Positions 1 to 16,479 of a stretch of 64,000 bases of DNA are shown piece after piece. Source of the DNA: the human T2T-CHM13v2.0 reference genome, Homo sapiens. Under the pieces are notes generated by a model, which saw nothing but the letters and a program-made list of their open reading frames with translations, was not told where the DNA came from and did no database searches. The translations under genes and the position numbers were made by a program. The DNA is taken from assembly GCF_009914755.1 (NCBI RefSeq), contig NC_060934.1, one strand, 5' to 3'. Within the stretch, counting starts at the first letter, position 1. The number at the start of each line of letters is the position of its first letter.

Positions 1-1242
1 GATTATCACAAGGAGGTGGAAACTATTGAGGTACAAACCATCAGATCTTAAGGTAAGGAGTCACTCATCTTGCCCAGAGAAGTAGTAGTGAAGATAGTAC
101 CTGGATCCTAAAAGGTAACTTTTAAAGTACTTCAACCTAAGATGACAGAGGGTAGGCAGTTTATTGATACCCTTAACAACCACTTGTTAGTAGAGCCATT
201 TTAATTAATGGGAAAGGGGATCATTCTCCGTTTATGCTTTTATTATATGTAGCTATGAGCATAGAAGCTGTGTTTGGACCCTCTGGTGACTATTGCCCTC
301 TTCTAGTTGTGTCCAGGCACAGGTAAATTCTTGAGGCCAGGAAGGGCCTGGCTTTATCTCCAAAAGGAAGCTGTGGAAATAGCAATGAGCAAAACAATGA
401 GAAAGAGCTTTAGAAAATTTGCAAATATTGTGTATCTTCATGGCATGATGAAGTGGGATTAGGACAGGGGAGAAAGTATAAACCACCAATTATAGGAGTC
501 TTTAAGGGCTTGGGTGACTGAGGCCTTCTGCTAGGAGGCTGGGAGGTTGTTGATGACAGCAAAGATGTAACAGGTATTGAATACTAGAGGATAGACCTCA
601 TACTCTGAAAATGCTTTTGCCTCAACAATTTGAAAGAGAAATATGAAAGACAAAGTGACAATATGAAGAATGACTATTCAAAGTGCTTCTACCAGTAAGT
701 CTTGTCTGTTGGCAAGTTTTAACCTGTAGGTAGGGGAAAAACGTGGGAGGATCTCTTATTCAGAATGCAAAACAGGAGACAGTGAAGTACCTGTGTTTCC
801 AAAGAACTCCGAATTGAGCTGTGGTGGAAGAGGAGGAAATTTCTTACTGTGGTCTTGTATAATGTGAAATCTTTGTGAAGTCTCAATAGATGTTAAGTCT
901 CCAAGGAGGGGAGACTTTTTAGCTGCTAAAGAAGCTTAGGTTCAGTGAGCCTCCAGTGGGAATACAGACATAGACGTCCACTGACATTTCTGCAACCAGT
1001 TTTGGTGAGTGGAAAGCAACTAGGTAAGTTTCACTTTTTGCAAGAATCCCAAGTGACCCTTTGCACTATGGACTGAGGTACCTGCTTGTCTCTACAAAAA
1101 CTATAGAGGAGACACGACAGGCTTTAACTGGAAATTGTTCATGGTTTCTTAGAAGGGAAGCTCATATCCTGTTAAAGCACTTTAGAAAAATAAAGTCAAA
1201 TTAGAGATAAGAGGATCTTTACTTGTATTTTCAAGAGCTTTT

Positions 1243-1937
1243 TTAAAAAACTGAAGTGAAATGCATATAACATAAAATTAACCATTTTAAAGTGAAACAA
1301 TATAGTGGCATTTAGTACATTCACAATGTACCCTATCTAATTCCAAAACATTTTCATCGCCCCAAAAGGAAATCCTGTACCCATTAAGCAGTTGCTCCAC
1401 ACTTTCCCTTCCCCTCCAGCCCCTGGTAGCCATCCATCTGCATTCTGTCTCTGTAAATTTACCTATTCTGGATATTTCATATAAATGGAATCATATAATA
1501 TGTGTCCTTTTATGTCTGGCTTCTTTCTCTTAGCATAATGTTTTTGAGGGTCATCCATGCTGTAACATGAATCAGCACTTCAATTCTTTTTAGGATTGAA
1601 TAATATTCCATTGTGTGTGTATACCACAATTTGTTCATCCATTCATTCGTTGATGGACATTTGGACCATTTCTTCCTTTTGGCAATTATGAATAGTGCTG
1701 CTAGGGACATGTGTATACATGTATTTGAGTATCTGTTTTCAATTCCTTTGGATATATACCTAGGACTGGAATTGCTGGGTTGTATGGTAATTCTATGTTT
1801 AACTTTTTGAGTAACTGCCAAACAGTTTTCTATAGCAGCTGAACCATACTACATTCCCACCAAGAATGCATGAGGGTTCCAGTTTTTCCGCATCCTTACC
1901 AACACTTGTTATTTGTGTTTGTTTTGTTTTATATAGC
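1243..1937 (-). mobile_element. L1MB/L1MC-type LINE-1 3' fragment
   Basis: Typical antisense L1M text (atttcatataaatggaatcatat, ttgatggacatttgg). ORF 1510-1821(-) resembles the ORF2 C-terminus. Flanked by ttcaa(g/a)agctttt at 1230-1242 and 1938-1950 (TSD). Confidence 0.85.
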
Positions 1938-4183
1938 TTCAAAAGCTTTTGAGACTGGATAGGACTTTGATGATAAAGCTCCTTTCAGGTCTTATGGATC
2001 TTCTGACATGCTTCTCTCCTGAAATAACTGGATGGCTCTTCTGGGCCAAATAAGGTATTGAGATTTTAGCTTTTATACTAAAGGATTACTTTCTTCCAAA
2101 ATTTCCAATAAACAGCGAACACAGATTTTACAGATTTTACAGGTTGCCTAGACAGGGTCGAATTCTGACTTGCCAAAAGAAGAGTGTCAGTTACACTTTG
2201 GGTCTTGAAAGTAGATGATGGTATTTCTGGTTTCATTTGCCATCAGAATCCTGGACCAGGCAATAGGCTAGGTCTTGCTGACTATACAGGTAGCTCAGTT
2301 TGCTTACACATTACCAGCTTATCTTCCTGCTCACAGAATAACCTTCTGGGGAGGGAGTTAACTCTAATTCCTGATAAATGACTGGCTCTTTTTAAGGTGC
2401 TATATAAACTGAATTTGGATGTTACTTCGCCACTACTTACAATGATACTATGTACAGATATTAAAACTCTAATGTTCCCATCTCCTTACTGTGTGGCTGG
2501 GTGGTTTCTTATTTTGATGTCTTCTACATCAAACTGTTGAGTTCCTAAGTGTTCTCTTCTTACCCCTCTCTTTTTTAGTCTCTCAGTTTCTACTTCTTGC
2601 ATCTATATATTTTGTGATTTGTCTAATAGTCACTGTGATTAATGTTTTAGTTTGTTTTTCTTTTGTGAAAATTATTTTCTTCTTGTGAAAGGTGAAAATT
2701 AGTTTCTTCTTGTGAAAGGAGAAAACTGGTACAGAAATCTAGGACGCTGGAACTTCTAGCTCTCTCCGTTTTTTCTAGAATTGTAGCTTTCCTTCTTTTT
2801 TTTTCTTTGACTGTTTTCTCCAGTTTATATGTTGAGTGGTAGGTTTTTCTAACTTTTAGAAAAAAATTATTTTGCTATTTAATGTGTTTGCTGTATCTCC
2901 TTGAAATATTATAAATCAGAATACATTTTAGTGTTTATTGCTGCCATTGGTTGCTTTAAAAAAAAAGGTTGAACCTGTTTTCAAAGTAAACAAAATTGTA
3001 GCCTCTACTTACCTTCCTCCTTTCCCCACCACAATACACAGTGTTGTTGGGTTTGCAAATTCATCCTAACCATTTGATCAAAGTCAGGCTTTGAACAAGG
3101 CTTTATAGTGAGGTGTGGTGAATGACAGGTATGTCTGGATTTGGCCTTGAGAGATTTGGGGATGTAAAAGCATAAGGGTTTTTTTTGTTTTTTTTTTTTT
3201 CTGTCTTTCTTTCTCTTCTCCTAATGTACTGTGGTCTATAATAGGTTGAGTTGTAACATTCATTAAACCACTCCTCGCATTCCCTGTTTTCAAAGCTTAT
3301 CAGGATGACTTTGATTTAGTTATTTGGAACCAAAAAGGCAGTTTGTGGAGCCTGGTCTGGAGCTGTGTAGCAGTAATATATCAGAGATCAGACTTAGGTC
3401 CCAGTGGGATTATTCCTCGGGATTTATTTGCCTGGAAGTACACACAGGAGCCAAATGGTATGTATGGAAAGCTTTGCTGGAATGCAAATTGGACACATTT
3501 TGTTGGGACCTGTAGGGGATTTTCACTGCTTCATAATTTTTCAAAGGTTTGTTATACATCAGACAGTCACTGCCTCTTCTTTAAATCTTTAAATCCCCCC
3601 TCTTTTTCCTGTTGTAAAGGTCAGATTTTTTTTGACAACTGTGTGCAGGAACAAGATTTGCTAAATCCCTTCATTTTTATTCATACAAATATCGGAATTC
3701 AGTGAGCATCAGTTATTCCAGCATTTAGAGGTAAGGAAAACTCAGGGAGAATCTTGTGAATCTCAGCTTTGTGCTAGACATATATCTCTGGGGATAAATT
3801 TGCTGCCTCAACTTTAACCCCTTGACTGCTCTGATGTGAGACGACACCCTTACAGGCTGCCTTGTATGTGAAACCTACCCTTAACTAACCCCCATTTATG
3901 GCTGTAGGATATGTAATATAATTACTGGGAGGGGACTGTGTTGGACTCTTCTGATGGGGCCTTTTTGGCTGTGACAAGCCTTAGATTAGTGTTGGAAGAG
4001 AAGGACAATTCATTCCCTCCAGTGGAGCCCCTTCTTTAGGCATATTTAGCTTTTAATGGTATCATAGGCAATAACCACTTTTAATTTGCAGATGATTCTT
4101 TCTCAACCAGTAGATGAAATAATGATATCAAATGGTACATTTCCCCATCAAACTTGCTTAGTTTGATGTTATGTTATTATGTT

Positions 4184-4865
4184 ATCGATTGCTGGGTAAC
4201 AAATTACCCCAACAAATTACCTCTCCTACCCATCTATTGCTGGGTAGCAAATTACCCCCCAAAATGTGGCAGCTTAAAATTAAAAAACAAAAAAAATTTC
4301 ACACAGTTTCTTTTATTTTATTTTCTTTTTTTTTTTTTTTTTTTTTTTTTTGAGATGAGGTCTCACTGTGTTTCCCAGGCTAGTCTCAAACTCCTGGGCT
4401 CAAGTGATCCTCCCACCTTGGCCTCCCAAAGTGCTGGGATTACAGGCATGAGCCACTGCACCTGGTCTATTTCACACAATTTCTAAGGGTCAGGAATCTG
4501 GGAGCTGCTTAGCTAGTGGTTCTGGCTTAGGGTCTCTCAAGATGTCAGCCAGGGCAGCAGTCATTTGAAGGGGTGGGCTGGAAGATCCATTTCCAAGTTC
4601 ATTCATGTGGTTGTTGGCCAGAGGCCTCAGTTCCTCACAATGTGGGCCTCTCAATAGGACTGCTCACAGCATGGAAACTAGATTCTCCATAGGTGAATGA
4701 TCTGAGAGAGAGCAGAAGCCACACTTTGTTTTCTGACCCAACCTCAGAAGTAAACCTCAGGAGTAACCATCACTCCTGCTATATTATATTAGTCACATAG
4801 ACCAACCTAAATACATAAAGATGTAATCACTGGGGACATCACTGGGAGTCATCTTGGAGGCTGGC
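4184..4865 (-). mobile_element. MLT1 (MaLR) LTR interrupted by a FLAM
   Basis: ctattgctgggtagcaaattacccc...gggtcaggaatctggg...gaggcctcagttcctc...tgggcctctc motifs of an antisense MLT1 LTR. Confidence 0.75.
4312..4468 (-). mobile_element. FLAM_C Alu monomer
   Basis: Poly-T plus left-monomer sequence; TSD atttcacaca(g/a)tttct. Confidence 0.85.
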
Positions 4866-5401
4866 CTTGCAGGAAGTTAAATGGAAATTTTTAGATGTTC
4901 ACTGGGACTTCAAGATTGATTTTTTTAATTTGAAAAATTTTGTTCTCCCCAGTCAGCCCTGTCTCCCTGTCTTCTCCCAAACCTTTATGTCTCTGAAATT
5001 GTCCAATATGTATATGGCAAATATCTCTTTCTCTTCCTTTGCTGTCTCAGCCATAAGCTCTAGTAAAAACTTTCCGTTTTTCTAAAGCAAGCCAGTAAGC
5101 ATGATCGATCTACCTCCTCTACCCGTTTTGCTGGGACATCCATGGCAGCTGGTCAAAGGAGGCTTCTGCTCATGAGAGCACTTCAACTGGATTCAGATAA
5201 TCCTTTGTGGTTTCTCCACCTATTTACTACTGATCCTCTAAAATTTGGTGCAAATGAACTAGACTGACTAGAGTTACAGTGTTACCATGTTTTTTTCAGA
5301 CTGAGATATATAATGATATGAGCTCTTTTTGGATTCTATCCAGGATCTCCAAAATGGAGATAAAGACCTAATGCTCGGGAGTGATTTAAAAACGAAATTA
5401 C

Positions 5402-5720
<319 letters not shown>

Positions 5721-5792
5721 AACGAAATTACTTGTCACTAGATAGATTCATCTGGTCCTTTGTATACCAGTCAGATAAGAGCCTTAGGAGTT

Positions 5793-6093
5793 GGCCGCAT
5801 GTGGTGGCTCACGCCTGTAATTGCAGCATTTTGGAACGCTGAGGCGGGCGGATTACTTGTGGCCAGGAGTTTGAGACCAGCCTGGCTAACACAGTGAAAC
5901 CCCATCTCAACTGAAAATACAAAAAAATTATCTGGGTGTGGTGGCACACGTTTGTAATCCCAGCTACTTGGAAGGCTGAGGCATGAGAATCACTTGAACC
6001 CAGGAAGCAGAGGTTACAGTGAGCCAAGATCATGCCACTGCACTCCAGTCTGGGTGACAGAGCAAAGACTCTGTCTCAGAAAAAAAAAAAAAA
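5793..6093 (+). mobile_element. AluS-type Alu
   Basis: Full dimer, A tail, TSD agccttaggagtt. Confidence 0.9.
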
Positions 6094-6416
6094 AGCCTTA
6101 GGAGTTATTTACTATTCTTCACCTTTCTAGGACAAGCAAGTCGATAGCCACAGTGATGAGGACTGCACAGGCAGACCCTAAAGCTAACCAGGGACACTGT
6201 CTTGCCTCTGTGTTTGGTAATCATTCCAGCTATGCAGTTTCATTGATGTCTTTCCCTCCTTGGTACATACCTTACTCTATACCTGATAATAGAAATCCTT
6301 GTGAGAATATACTTATTCAGCTCTTGGTGACAGGAGGTGGGTGGAAGTGTGGGGCAGAGAACAGGAGTGAGGTTGTTACAATGGAGAATCAGTTTACTTT
6401 TTCAAAAATTCTGGAA

Positions 6417-6545
6417 GCCAGACATGGTGGCATGCGCCTGTAATCCCAGCTACTTGGGAGGCTAAGGCAAGAGGATCATTTGAGCCCAGGTGTTTGAGAC
6501 TAGCCTGAGCAACATAGTGAGACCCTATCTCAAAACAAACAAAAA
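6417..6545 (+). mobile_element. FLAM_A-like Alu monomer
   Basis: Single ~130-bp monomer with an A-rich tail. Confidence 0.8.
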
Positions 6546-6798
6546 TTCCAGAGCATCTTTGGCTTCCTAGGAAATAGCCTAAGGCTGTAAATAAACCCTG
6601 GCCTCATATTCCTGTTGTCATTTACTGGCGTAGTAGACAATTCATAACTGGGAAAATCCTTTGGGTGTTTTTTTGATGTAGGTTTTATAGAATCAGAGAG
6701 GTTCCAAAATTGTGTTTAACTGATTCTATAGAAGACTATAAAAGTAACAAAGCAGGCAAACAAGAACAAAAACCTTTGTGCCATAAAATCACTATTTA

Positions 6799-7097
6799 GG
6801 CCAGGTGTGGTGGCTCATGCCTGTAATTCCAGCACTTTGAGAGAGGCCTAGGCGGGAGGATTGCTTGAGCACAGGAGCTCAAGACCAGCCTGGGCAACAT
6901 AGTGGGACCCCGTCTGTACAAAAAAAAATTTTAATTAGCTGGGCGTGGTGGCAAGTGCCTGTAGTCCCAGCTACTCAGGAGGCTGTGACAGGAGGATTGC
7001 TTGAGCCCAGGAGGTCAAGACTTCAAGTGAGCCATAATCATGCCACTTTCCAGCCTGGGCAACAGAGTAAGACCCTTTCTCAACAAAAACACAAAAA
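6799..7097 (+). mobile_element. AluJ
   Basis: ggaggattgcttgagcccagg J-type arms; TSD aaaatcact. Confidence 0.9.
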
Positions 7098-7444
7098 TCA
7101 CTGTTTACCTTCTCTAACCCTTATCATTATGTAAACATAATTTAATAGTTTAATCAGTATGCCTTATTATTATTTTTTCCTTTTATTCATTTAGTATCAT
7201 TTTTTAAAGTATATTTTTATAAGCACTATAGAACCTTGCTGAAATTGGCTGAGGATACTCTTCAGTGGGGCCAGAAGTTCTTAGCATTATTTCATACAGA
7301 ATTTTCCATGCATTTACCTAATATATTTATCATCTTTAATGACATTATAAAAATACATTGAACCAGAATGCCATAGATTAACTATCCTTTTTAAATTTTG
7401 ATTCATTATATGTAGTAGAACCTTATCTCTGTGTTGATAACAGT

Positions 7445-7777
7445 TTTTCTTTTTCTTTTTTATATTTTTAATTTTTAATTTAATTTAAATTTTCAGACAG
7501 GGTCTCTGTCGCCCAGGCTGGAGTGCAATAGTGTGATCACAGCTCACTGCAGCCTTGACTGCCTGGGCTTAGGTGATCCTCCATCTCAGCCTCCCTGAGT
7601 AGCTGGGACTACAGGTGTGTGCCTCCACTCCTGGCTAATTTCTATATATTAATATTTTGTAGAGATGGGTTTTTGCCATGTTTCCCAGGCTAGTCTCAAA
7701 CTCCTGGGCTAAAGCAATCCACCTGCCTGAGCCTCCCAAAGTGTTGGGATTACAGGCGTGAGCCACCACACCCAGCC
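7445..7777 (-). mobile_element. AluJ
   Basis: Antisense dimer with J diagnostics (cagccttgact, ctcctgggct). Confidence 0.88.
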
Positions 7778-8650
7778 TGCTTTTCTTTTAAATTATTTTC
7801 TCGAAGTAATAGTCCCATAAGTAGAGTGGGTTTTGTAGCTATGCTGCATCCTATATTGAGTTTTCTAACTTCTCTTTAATTTTGCTAATTTAATTGACAA
7901 AGTGATGCTTTTATAATTTGTTTCACATTTCTTTAATTACTAGCATTTTCTCAAGTGTTTTACTGTTTGGGGTTTTTCCTATTGAATTATCTGTTCTTAT
8001 CTCTTGGCCACTTATTGGACAGAAGTTGGATAGGAACCTTTCGGATTTGTATTACATGTATCAGGTTCTTTCATAGCTGGATAGTGTGTTTTTTATTGCC
8101 AAGTCTCTTTTTTTTTCTTTCTATTACTATGAGCTATTCACTGCTTTGTTTGTTTGTTTGTTTGTTTGTTTGTTTTAAATAATACCCAGACTGGTCTGAG
8201 ACTATGGGCTATTTCAAACCTAAATAGGTAGTGGTATTTTTTTATCCTTACAGAGAAGTGCATCAACTAGTTTATTTGCATTTGAAGTGTAGAAACGAGA
8301 GGTCCTGGCTGAACTTTTGGCATGGGAGCAGTGTGTGTGGAGAGCAGGCTGTCCATGATAGGAGGGGAGTTGAGGACAAGGCTGACACCAGGCCTATAAA
8401 TACCCTAAGGTTTAGCTTTGTACTTTGAAATAGGAATTAGGTCACTTTTATTGTCTTCCCCAGACTTTTTACTGGTTGGCTGTGGAGAAAAGGCATCAGG
8501 ACTTTTAGAGGAAATGTTACTGTTTCCAGCTCTCAGAAAGGTGGAAAGTGCTGATATTGGTCAGCTCTTACTCTTGTTTTCTCATTTCTGTTAGACTGAG
8601 GTGACCAAATGGAAAGCGTGGGAGTGGAGACTTGATATTCGGCTTCCTAA

Positions 8651-9162
<512 letters not shown>

Positions 9163-9324
9163 CCTAGAACTTTTTCTAAGGTCCTAGTTTCTAGTATTCT
9201 CTTTGGCCTTTCCATTTTCTTCTCTAAAATAAGAAAATTCTGGAATCTCTGGGACAAACAAACAGAAAAGAAAAAAAAATTTAATGATAAAAAAAATAAG
9301 AAAATTGGACCAAACGATCTCTCA

Positions 9325-9642
9325 AGTATGATGTATGTATGTACTTGTTAATTAAAGACAGGGCCTTGCTGTGACGCCCAGGCTGGAGTGAGTTGCACAA
9401 TCGTGCAATACTTCACTACAGCCTTGAACTCCTGGGTTCAAGCAATTCTGCTTCAGCCTCTCCAATAGCTGGGGCTACAGGTGTGTGCCACCATTCTCGG
9501 CTACTTTATTTTTTCATATTTTTAGAGATGGGGTTCTCGCCAGTTCTGCCCAGGCTGGCCTTGAACTCCTGCCTCAAGTTTTCTTCTCACCTTGGTCTCC
9601 TAAAGTGCTGGGATTGCAGGCATGAGCCACTATGCCTGGCTC
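9325..9642 (-). mobile_element. Diverged AluJ
   Basis: Antisense dimer; flanks aaa(c/t)gatctct. Confidence 0.85.
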
Positions 9643-10707
9643 AAATGATCTCTAAAGTCCCTAAAGTCCTAAGATTTTTTGGAGTTTGATGTCTTCCCAC
9701 ACAAGTTTGGAAATACTTTCAGAGGGATTCTATTCCATATGAATGTCATTACAATTTTAATGAAAATTTTGATGTAGCAATATTGTAGAATATATTTTAA
9801 AGAGGTAAATATACACAGTCTTCTGTGCATTTTGAGATAGTCTGACTTTATAATTTTCCTTTGTCTTTCTGTTGTCCAGTTGTCAGTTTTCAGATAAATT
9901 CTGCTTCAAACTTGTTATGTAAGTTTCTATTGGGCATTTAGTTTCAAATTACTGTTTCCAAAATCTTCGTATTTCTTTAAATTTTCAATCATTCTTAAAA
10001 ATAGATTAATATTGCATGAATGTCAAGAGAACCTCTTCTATTTTCATTTTAAAATTTTAATCATTAAAATATACTGCAGTGTCTCTATATTAATTTATCT
10101 GAAGATGCATCAGTGTACAGTCAGGTGCTGCATAACAACATTTCGGTTAACAATGGACCCCATACATGATAGTGGGCCCATAAGATTATAATGGAGGTAA
10201 AAAAATTCCTATCACTTAGTGATGTTGTAGCCATCATAATGTCATAGTATAACGTATCACTCGTGTTTGTGGTGATGCTGTTGTAAACAAACCTGTGCTG
10301 CCAGTCATATAAAAGCATAGCACATAAATTATGTACAGTATATAATACTTGATAATAAATGACCATTACTAGTTTATTTCATATATTATATATCATTGTT
10401 TTAGAATGTACTCTTTCTACTAATCAAGAAAAAGAGTTAACTATAAAATAGCTTTAGACAGGTCTTTCAGGAGGTATTCCAGAAAGCATTATTATCATAG
10501 GAGATGACAGCTTCATGGGTGTTATTGCCCTGAAGACCTTCCAGTGGGACAAGCTGTGGAGGTGGAAACCAGTGATATTGATGATCCTGACACTCTGTAG
10601 GCCTAGGCCAATGTGAGTGTTTGTGGCTTAGTTTTTAACAAAAAAGTTTAAAAAGTACAAAATAAAAAATTTAAAAATAGAAGAAACCTTATATAATAAA
10701 GATATAA

Positions 10708-11053
<346 letters not shown>

Positions 11054-11245
11054 CTGTAGTATGTATGTTTTAAGCTAAGTATTATTATAAAAGTCCAAAA
11101 GCTTAAAAAAATTTAAAAGTTATAAGGTAAATTATGGTAAGCTAAGGTTAATTAATGAAGAAAGAAAAATCTTTTTAAAAATAAATTTAATGTAGCCTAA
11201 GCATAGTGTTTATAAAGTTTGCAGCAGCATACAGCAATGTCCTAG

Positions 11246-11652
<407 letters not shown>

Positions 11653-12339
11653 CCATTTTGTATCTTTTATGCAGTATTTTTACTGTACTTTTTCTGTGTT
11701 TAGATATACAAATCCTTACCATTGTGTTAAAATTGCTTACAGTGTATAGTATTCAATACAGTAACAGGCTGTACAGGTTTGTAGCCTAGAAGCAATAGGC
11801 TGTACCATATAGCCTAGATATGTAGTAGGCTATACCACGTAGGTTTGTGTAAGCATACTCTATGATTTTTGCACAACAATGAAATCACCTAACAATGCAT
11901 TTCTTAGAATGTATCTCTGTCCTTAAGCAATGAATGCATATCAGTTAAGCCTGTGAGGTAGGCCTGAGGATGTGGAATAGCAGACACCAATATATCCTAA
12001 TCCCAAGAGGCAACTTCTTTCATCTCTTTTAGTAGATTCTTTTGGAATTTACTCCCATATTTCTAATTAACAAGTGTGTATTGCTGCTTCTTAGTTTTTC
12101 AGATTAAAGGATAGAGCTCCACTCATTTGTTTTGTTTCTCTGTCAATATTTACAAGAGTCAAGTTATCTTAGAACTGGAAGAGACTTCAGATCCTCCAGA
12201 GAACTAAACTCAAAAACTGTCAAGGGCTTGGCAGATAACTTAAATGAAAAGAATAGGGAGTAGTATGGACTGTGGCAGACTAGAATTCTGTGCCATCTAA
12301 GGACATTCAATTCAGTTTTAACTCTGCACATATCAAACA

Positions 12340-12700
12340 GTTGCAATATATGGACCTTGTTTGGATAGTGATTTATACAACAAACTATCTTTAAAAGTTT
12401 ATGGCAGTTATAGAAATTGAATAATTGCAAATTGAGCACTAACTAAAATTTTTATATTAAAGCAATATTACTCTTTTAGATGTGATGATAATGATATTAA
12501 GGTTAAAGATGTATGAAATGATATGATAGGCAAGATTTGCTTCAAAACAATATGGGAATAGAAGGGAATAGAAGGGAAAAAACAAGATAAGCCCTAAGTT
12601 GCTAATTATTGAGGCTGGGTTTGGGATATTTGGGCGTTTGTTAGTCTGTTTACATAATTTACATTTATATAATTTTGAAAATTTTCATAAGCTTTTTTTA
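12340..12700 (+). mobile_element. Old L1MC/ME 3' UTR fragment
   Basis: gatttgcttcaaaac...taattattgaggctgggt...tttgaaaattttcataa. Confidence 0.55.
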
Positions 12701-13440
12701 AAAGACTTATGTGGGTAAAACCTTGTCTCCTTCGAAGAGGAATATTAGAATGAGGAGAAAAGGAATCCAGATTAAGCGAGAATAGAGGCAGTTCTGTTAG
12801 CTATACTGATTAAGGGTTGTCACCAGAACCTTACTAGTATATTCCATTGAATAAATATGTATTTGTTATTATACATATTTATTTGTTTGGCATATTCTGT
12901 TAAGTTTATTTGTATACTCAAATAAATACTTATATCTTAAGTAGCGGACAATAACATTCATTCCAAAATGTGGTTTCACTTATTCTCAATAAACTCATTT
13001 ATTGCTATTAAAAAAATAAAACACAATATAATACTAAGCAAAACACATCTATGGACCAGCCCAAATTTGTAAGCTGGCTTTCAGTTTGTGATTTCTGAGT
13101 CTATTCTCACCAGCTTGTTTCACAGAAGAAACTAAAACTTAAACCAAGGTCACATAGCTTATCAGGGGGAAAGCTAGAACTCAGGTCTCCTGATTCCCCA
13201 TTCATTGCTGCTGCTTATGAAAAAAACTGCCCAACTGACTTAAATAAGAAAGAAGGGTTATGGTTTTGCCTGGCAATTGTCTCCTGTTTCCTAACCTTGA
13301 CTATTTTTTTTAGAATATAGGTTTGAGATTTGTCTTCTCTCTTTTTGTAAGATGATAGGGATAAGAGATTCAGCCTTAAACTTCTGGTAGAAATCCAGGT
13401 CTAAGGATAGTTATATTTCTTTGAATGATAAAGAATTGTA

Positions 13441-14179
<739 letters not shown>

Positions 14180-14829
14180 TTAACATTTATTTTTAAAATT
14201 TAATTCTTTTCTCTAAGTCCAGAGCACTAAGCAAGCAGCATAGATGTACAGACTTGCCAGCTATTGGGGATGTGTTGCTAAGTAGCTGTGACAGCCTTCG
14301 TTAGATGCTTTGCTGTACAGTTATCACTAGACTTTGCTCCCAGGTCTAATTGGGAAATAAGGATTCAGGCAGTTTTGTTTTATGTATGTTTTGTTAGCAT
14401 GCTTAATTTAAAAGCCTAATAAACCTGAGCTGACTTTTGAAAAACCATTTCTGTACTAGCAAAGATTCACATCGCAAACATCAGTTGAGGAGAGATTACT
14501 AGAAAGCACCAGAAGAAATTAGAATGACTCTTGTAGATAGATTTGAATAGTCTTTCTACTATTCCAGCTTATTCTCTTCTTTTTTACCTTCTTATACTAC
14601 TCCTGTTTGTTTATATATTTTTCCACTCAGACCAAATGGAAGCAGAAGGGAAAGAAATGATCTTATTGAATTCCTTTGGACATAGAATTTGAGTCCTTCT
14701 GGACCTTTTCATAACCCCTTTGAAGTATACTCTGTTTTCCTAAAGAACTTGAAAATTTTATAAACCAATCACTCATCAAGTAGTATAAAACTCAGGCCTT
14801 TTATAGAATTTTTTTCCTTTCATAGGTAA

Positions 14830-15210
<381 letters not shown>

Positions 15211-15589
15211 CGAAACTAATAGTTTTAAAAATGTATTCTAGATGTCGACTAGTAAAGGCTTTGCTGTTATCTATACCTAGGTAATGTTCTAGACTAGATG
15301 ACAAGTCGAGTCCACACCTGAGTGTTGATTTTGACTTTAAAAAATTAAATAGAAAGTTAAAGCTATTGGCTAAAATTGTGAGTTTATCTCTATATTTGTA
15401 GATCCAGTCACACAGTTTAGCATCATATTATATCATGACATTAGTTCTACTTTTAGAAAAGTGTATCTTTTAGCTAGAATATGTGCTCTTTGTAGTCAGG
15501 GACCATGCCTTCTAAATCTTTCAGAGATTAATAAATACTCGTATATTTCGTAAGCATTTTGGCCTCTCTTTTTGTCTCTACTCAATATA

Positions 15590-15785
15590 GGTGGTAATAA
15601 TACTCTGTATCAGGAACTTTGTATGTATCATCTCATTGAGTTCCCCCAAGGATATTTCAAGGTAATATTATCCCCATTGTATAGAAGAGGAAACAGAGGT
15701 TCCAAAAAGTGAAGAACTTGTGTAAGGTCACATACTTAGTAAGTCACAGAAGTGGGACTGTAAACCTAGGCCTGTTTCACTGATT
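15590..15785 (-). mobile_element. MIR
   Basis: tatccccattgtatagaagaggaaacagagg...aaggtcacatacttagtaagt core. Confidence 0.7.
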
Positions 15786-16129
15786 ATACCTCCTACTCTT
15801 ACCTCTACATCAAGATCCCTTGAGAGCTTTGGAATTGTCACTAGAAGTCTTGACTATTCTCATCCTCATTTTTGGTAAATATGAAACTCATTTGTTCTGT
15901 TGTTCTAGAAAAGCTCTTAATGTTTAAATCAGGATCATGGACTACTATCCCCCTCTTCTAAGAGCTTAGATTAATAGGGGCAGTATAACATAGTGGTTAA
16001 GAGTGTATATAGGTTCTAAAGCCATGCAGACTGGCTTTGAATACTGGCCTCACCTTGATGACCTTGGGCAGGTTGCATAACCTTGCTGTACTTTAAGTGC
16101 CTTATGAGGCACTTACCATAAAATGAGGA

Positions 16130-16470
16130 TGGTATGGAATACTACTCAGCAATAAGAAAGAACTATTGATACATGCAATAACCTAGGTGGATCTCAAAGT
16201 CATTCTGCTGAGTGAATGATTCCAGTTACATAGCATTCTGGAAAAGGCAAAACTGTGGTGACCAGGAACAAGCATGATTGCCAGGGGTTGGTGGTGGGGA
16301 AAGCGTGTGACTACCATGGGGTAGTATGAGGTGATTTTTGAGGAGATGAAACTGTTCTGTGTCCTCATTGTGGTAGTGGTTACATGAGTTAGTACATGTG
16401 TTAAAACTCATAGATAATACGCTTCCCCAAGGAATCCATTTACTATACATTAATTTGTTAAAAAAATAAA
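16130..16470 (+). mobile_element. L1M 3' end inserted in a MIR
   Basis: atggaatactactcagcaataagaaag...ggaaaaggcaaaact...ggtagtggttacatg. Confidence 0.75.
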
Positions 16471-16479
16471 TGTAAAAAG

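Noticed and set aside
3324-3705. Overlapping non-repeat ORFs (63-120 aa)
   Set aside because: No recognisable homology, no convincing splice signals, length within chance expectation.
16094-16115. 9-bp perfect hairpin taagtgcct/aggcactta
   Set aside because: Short, inside a MIR, plausible by chance in 64 kb.
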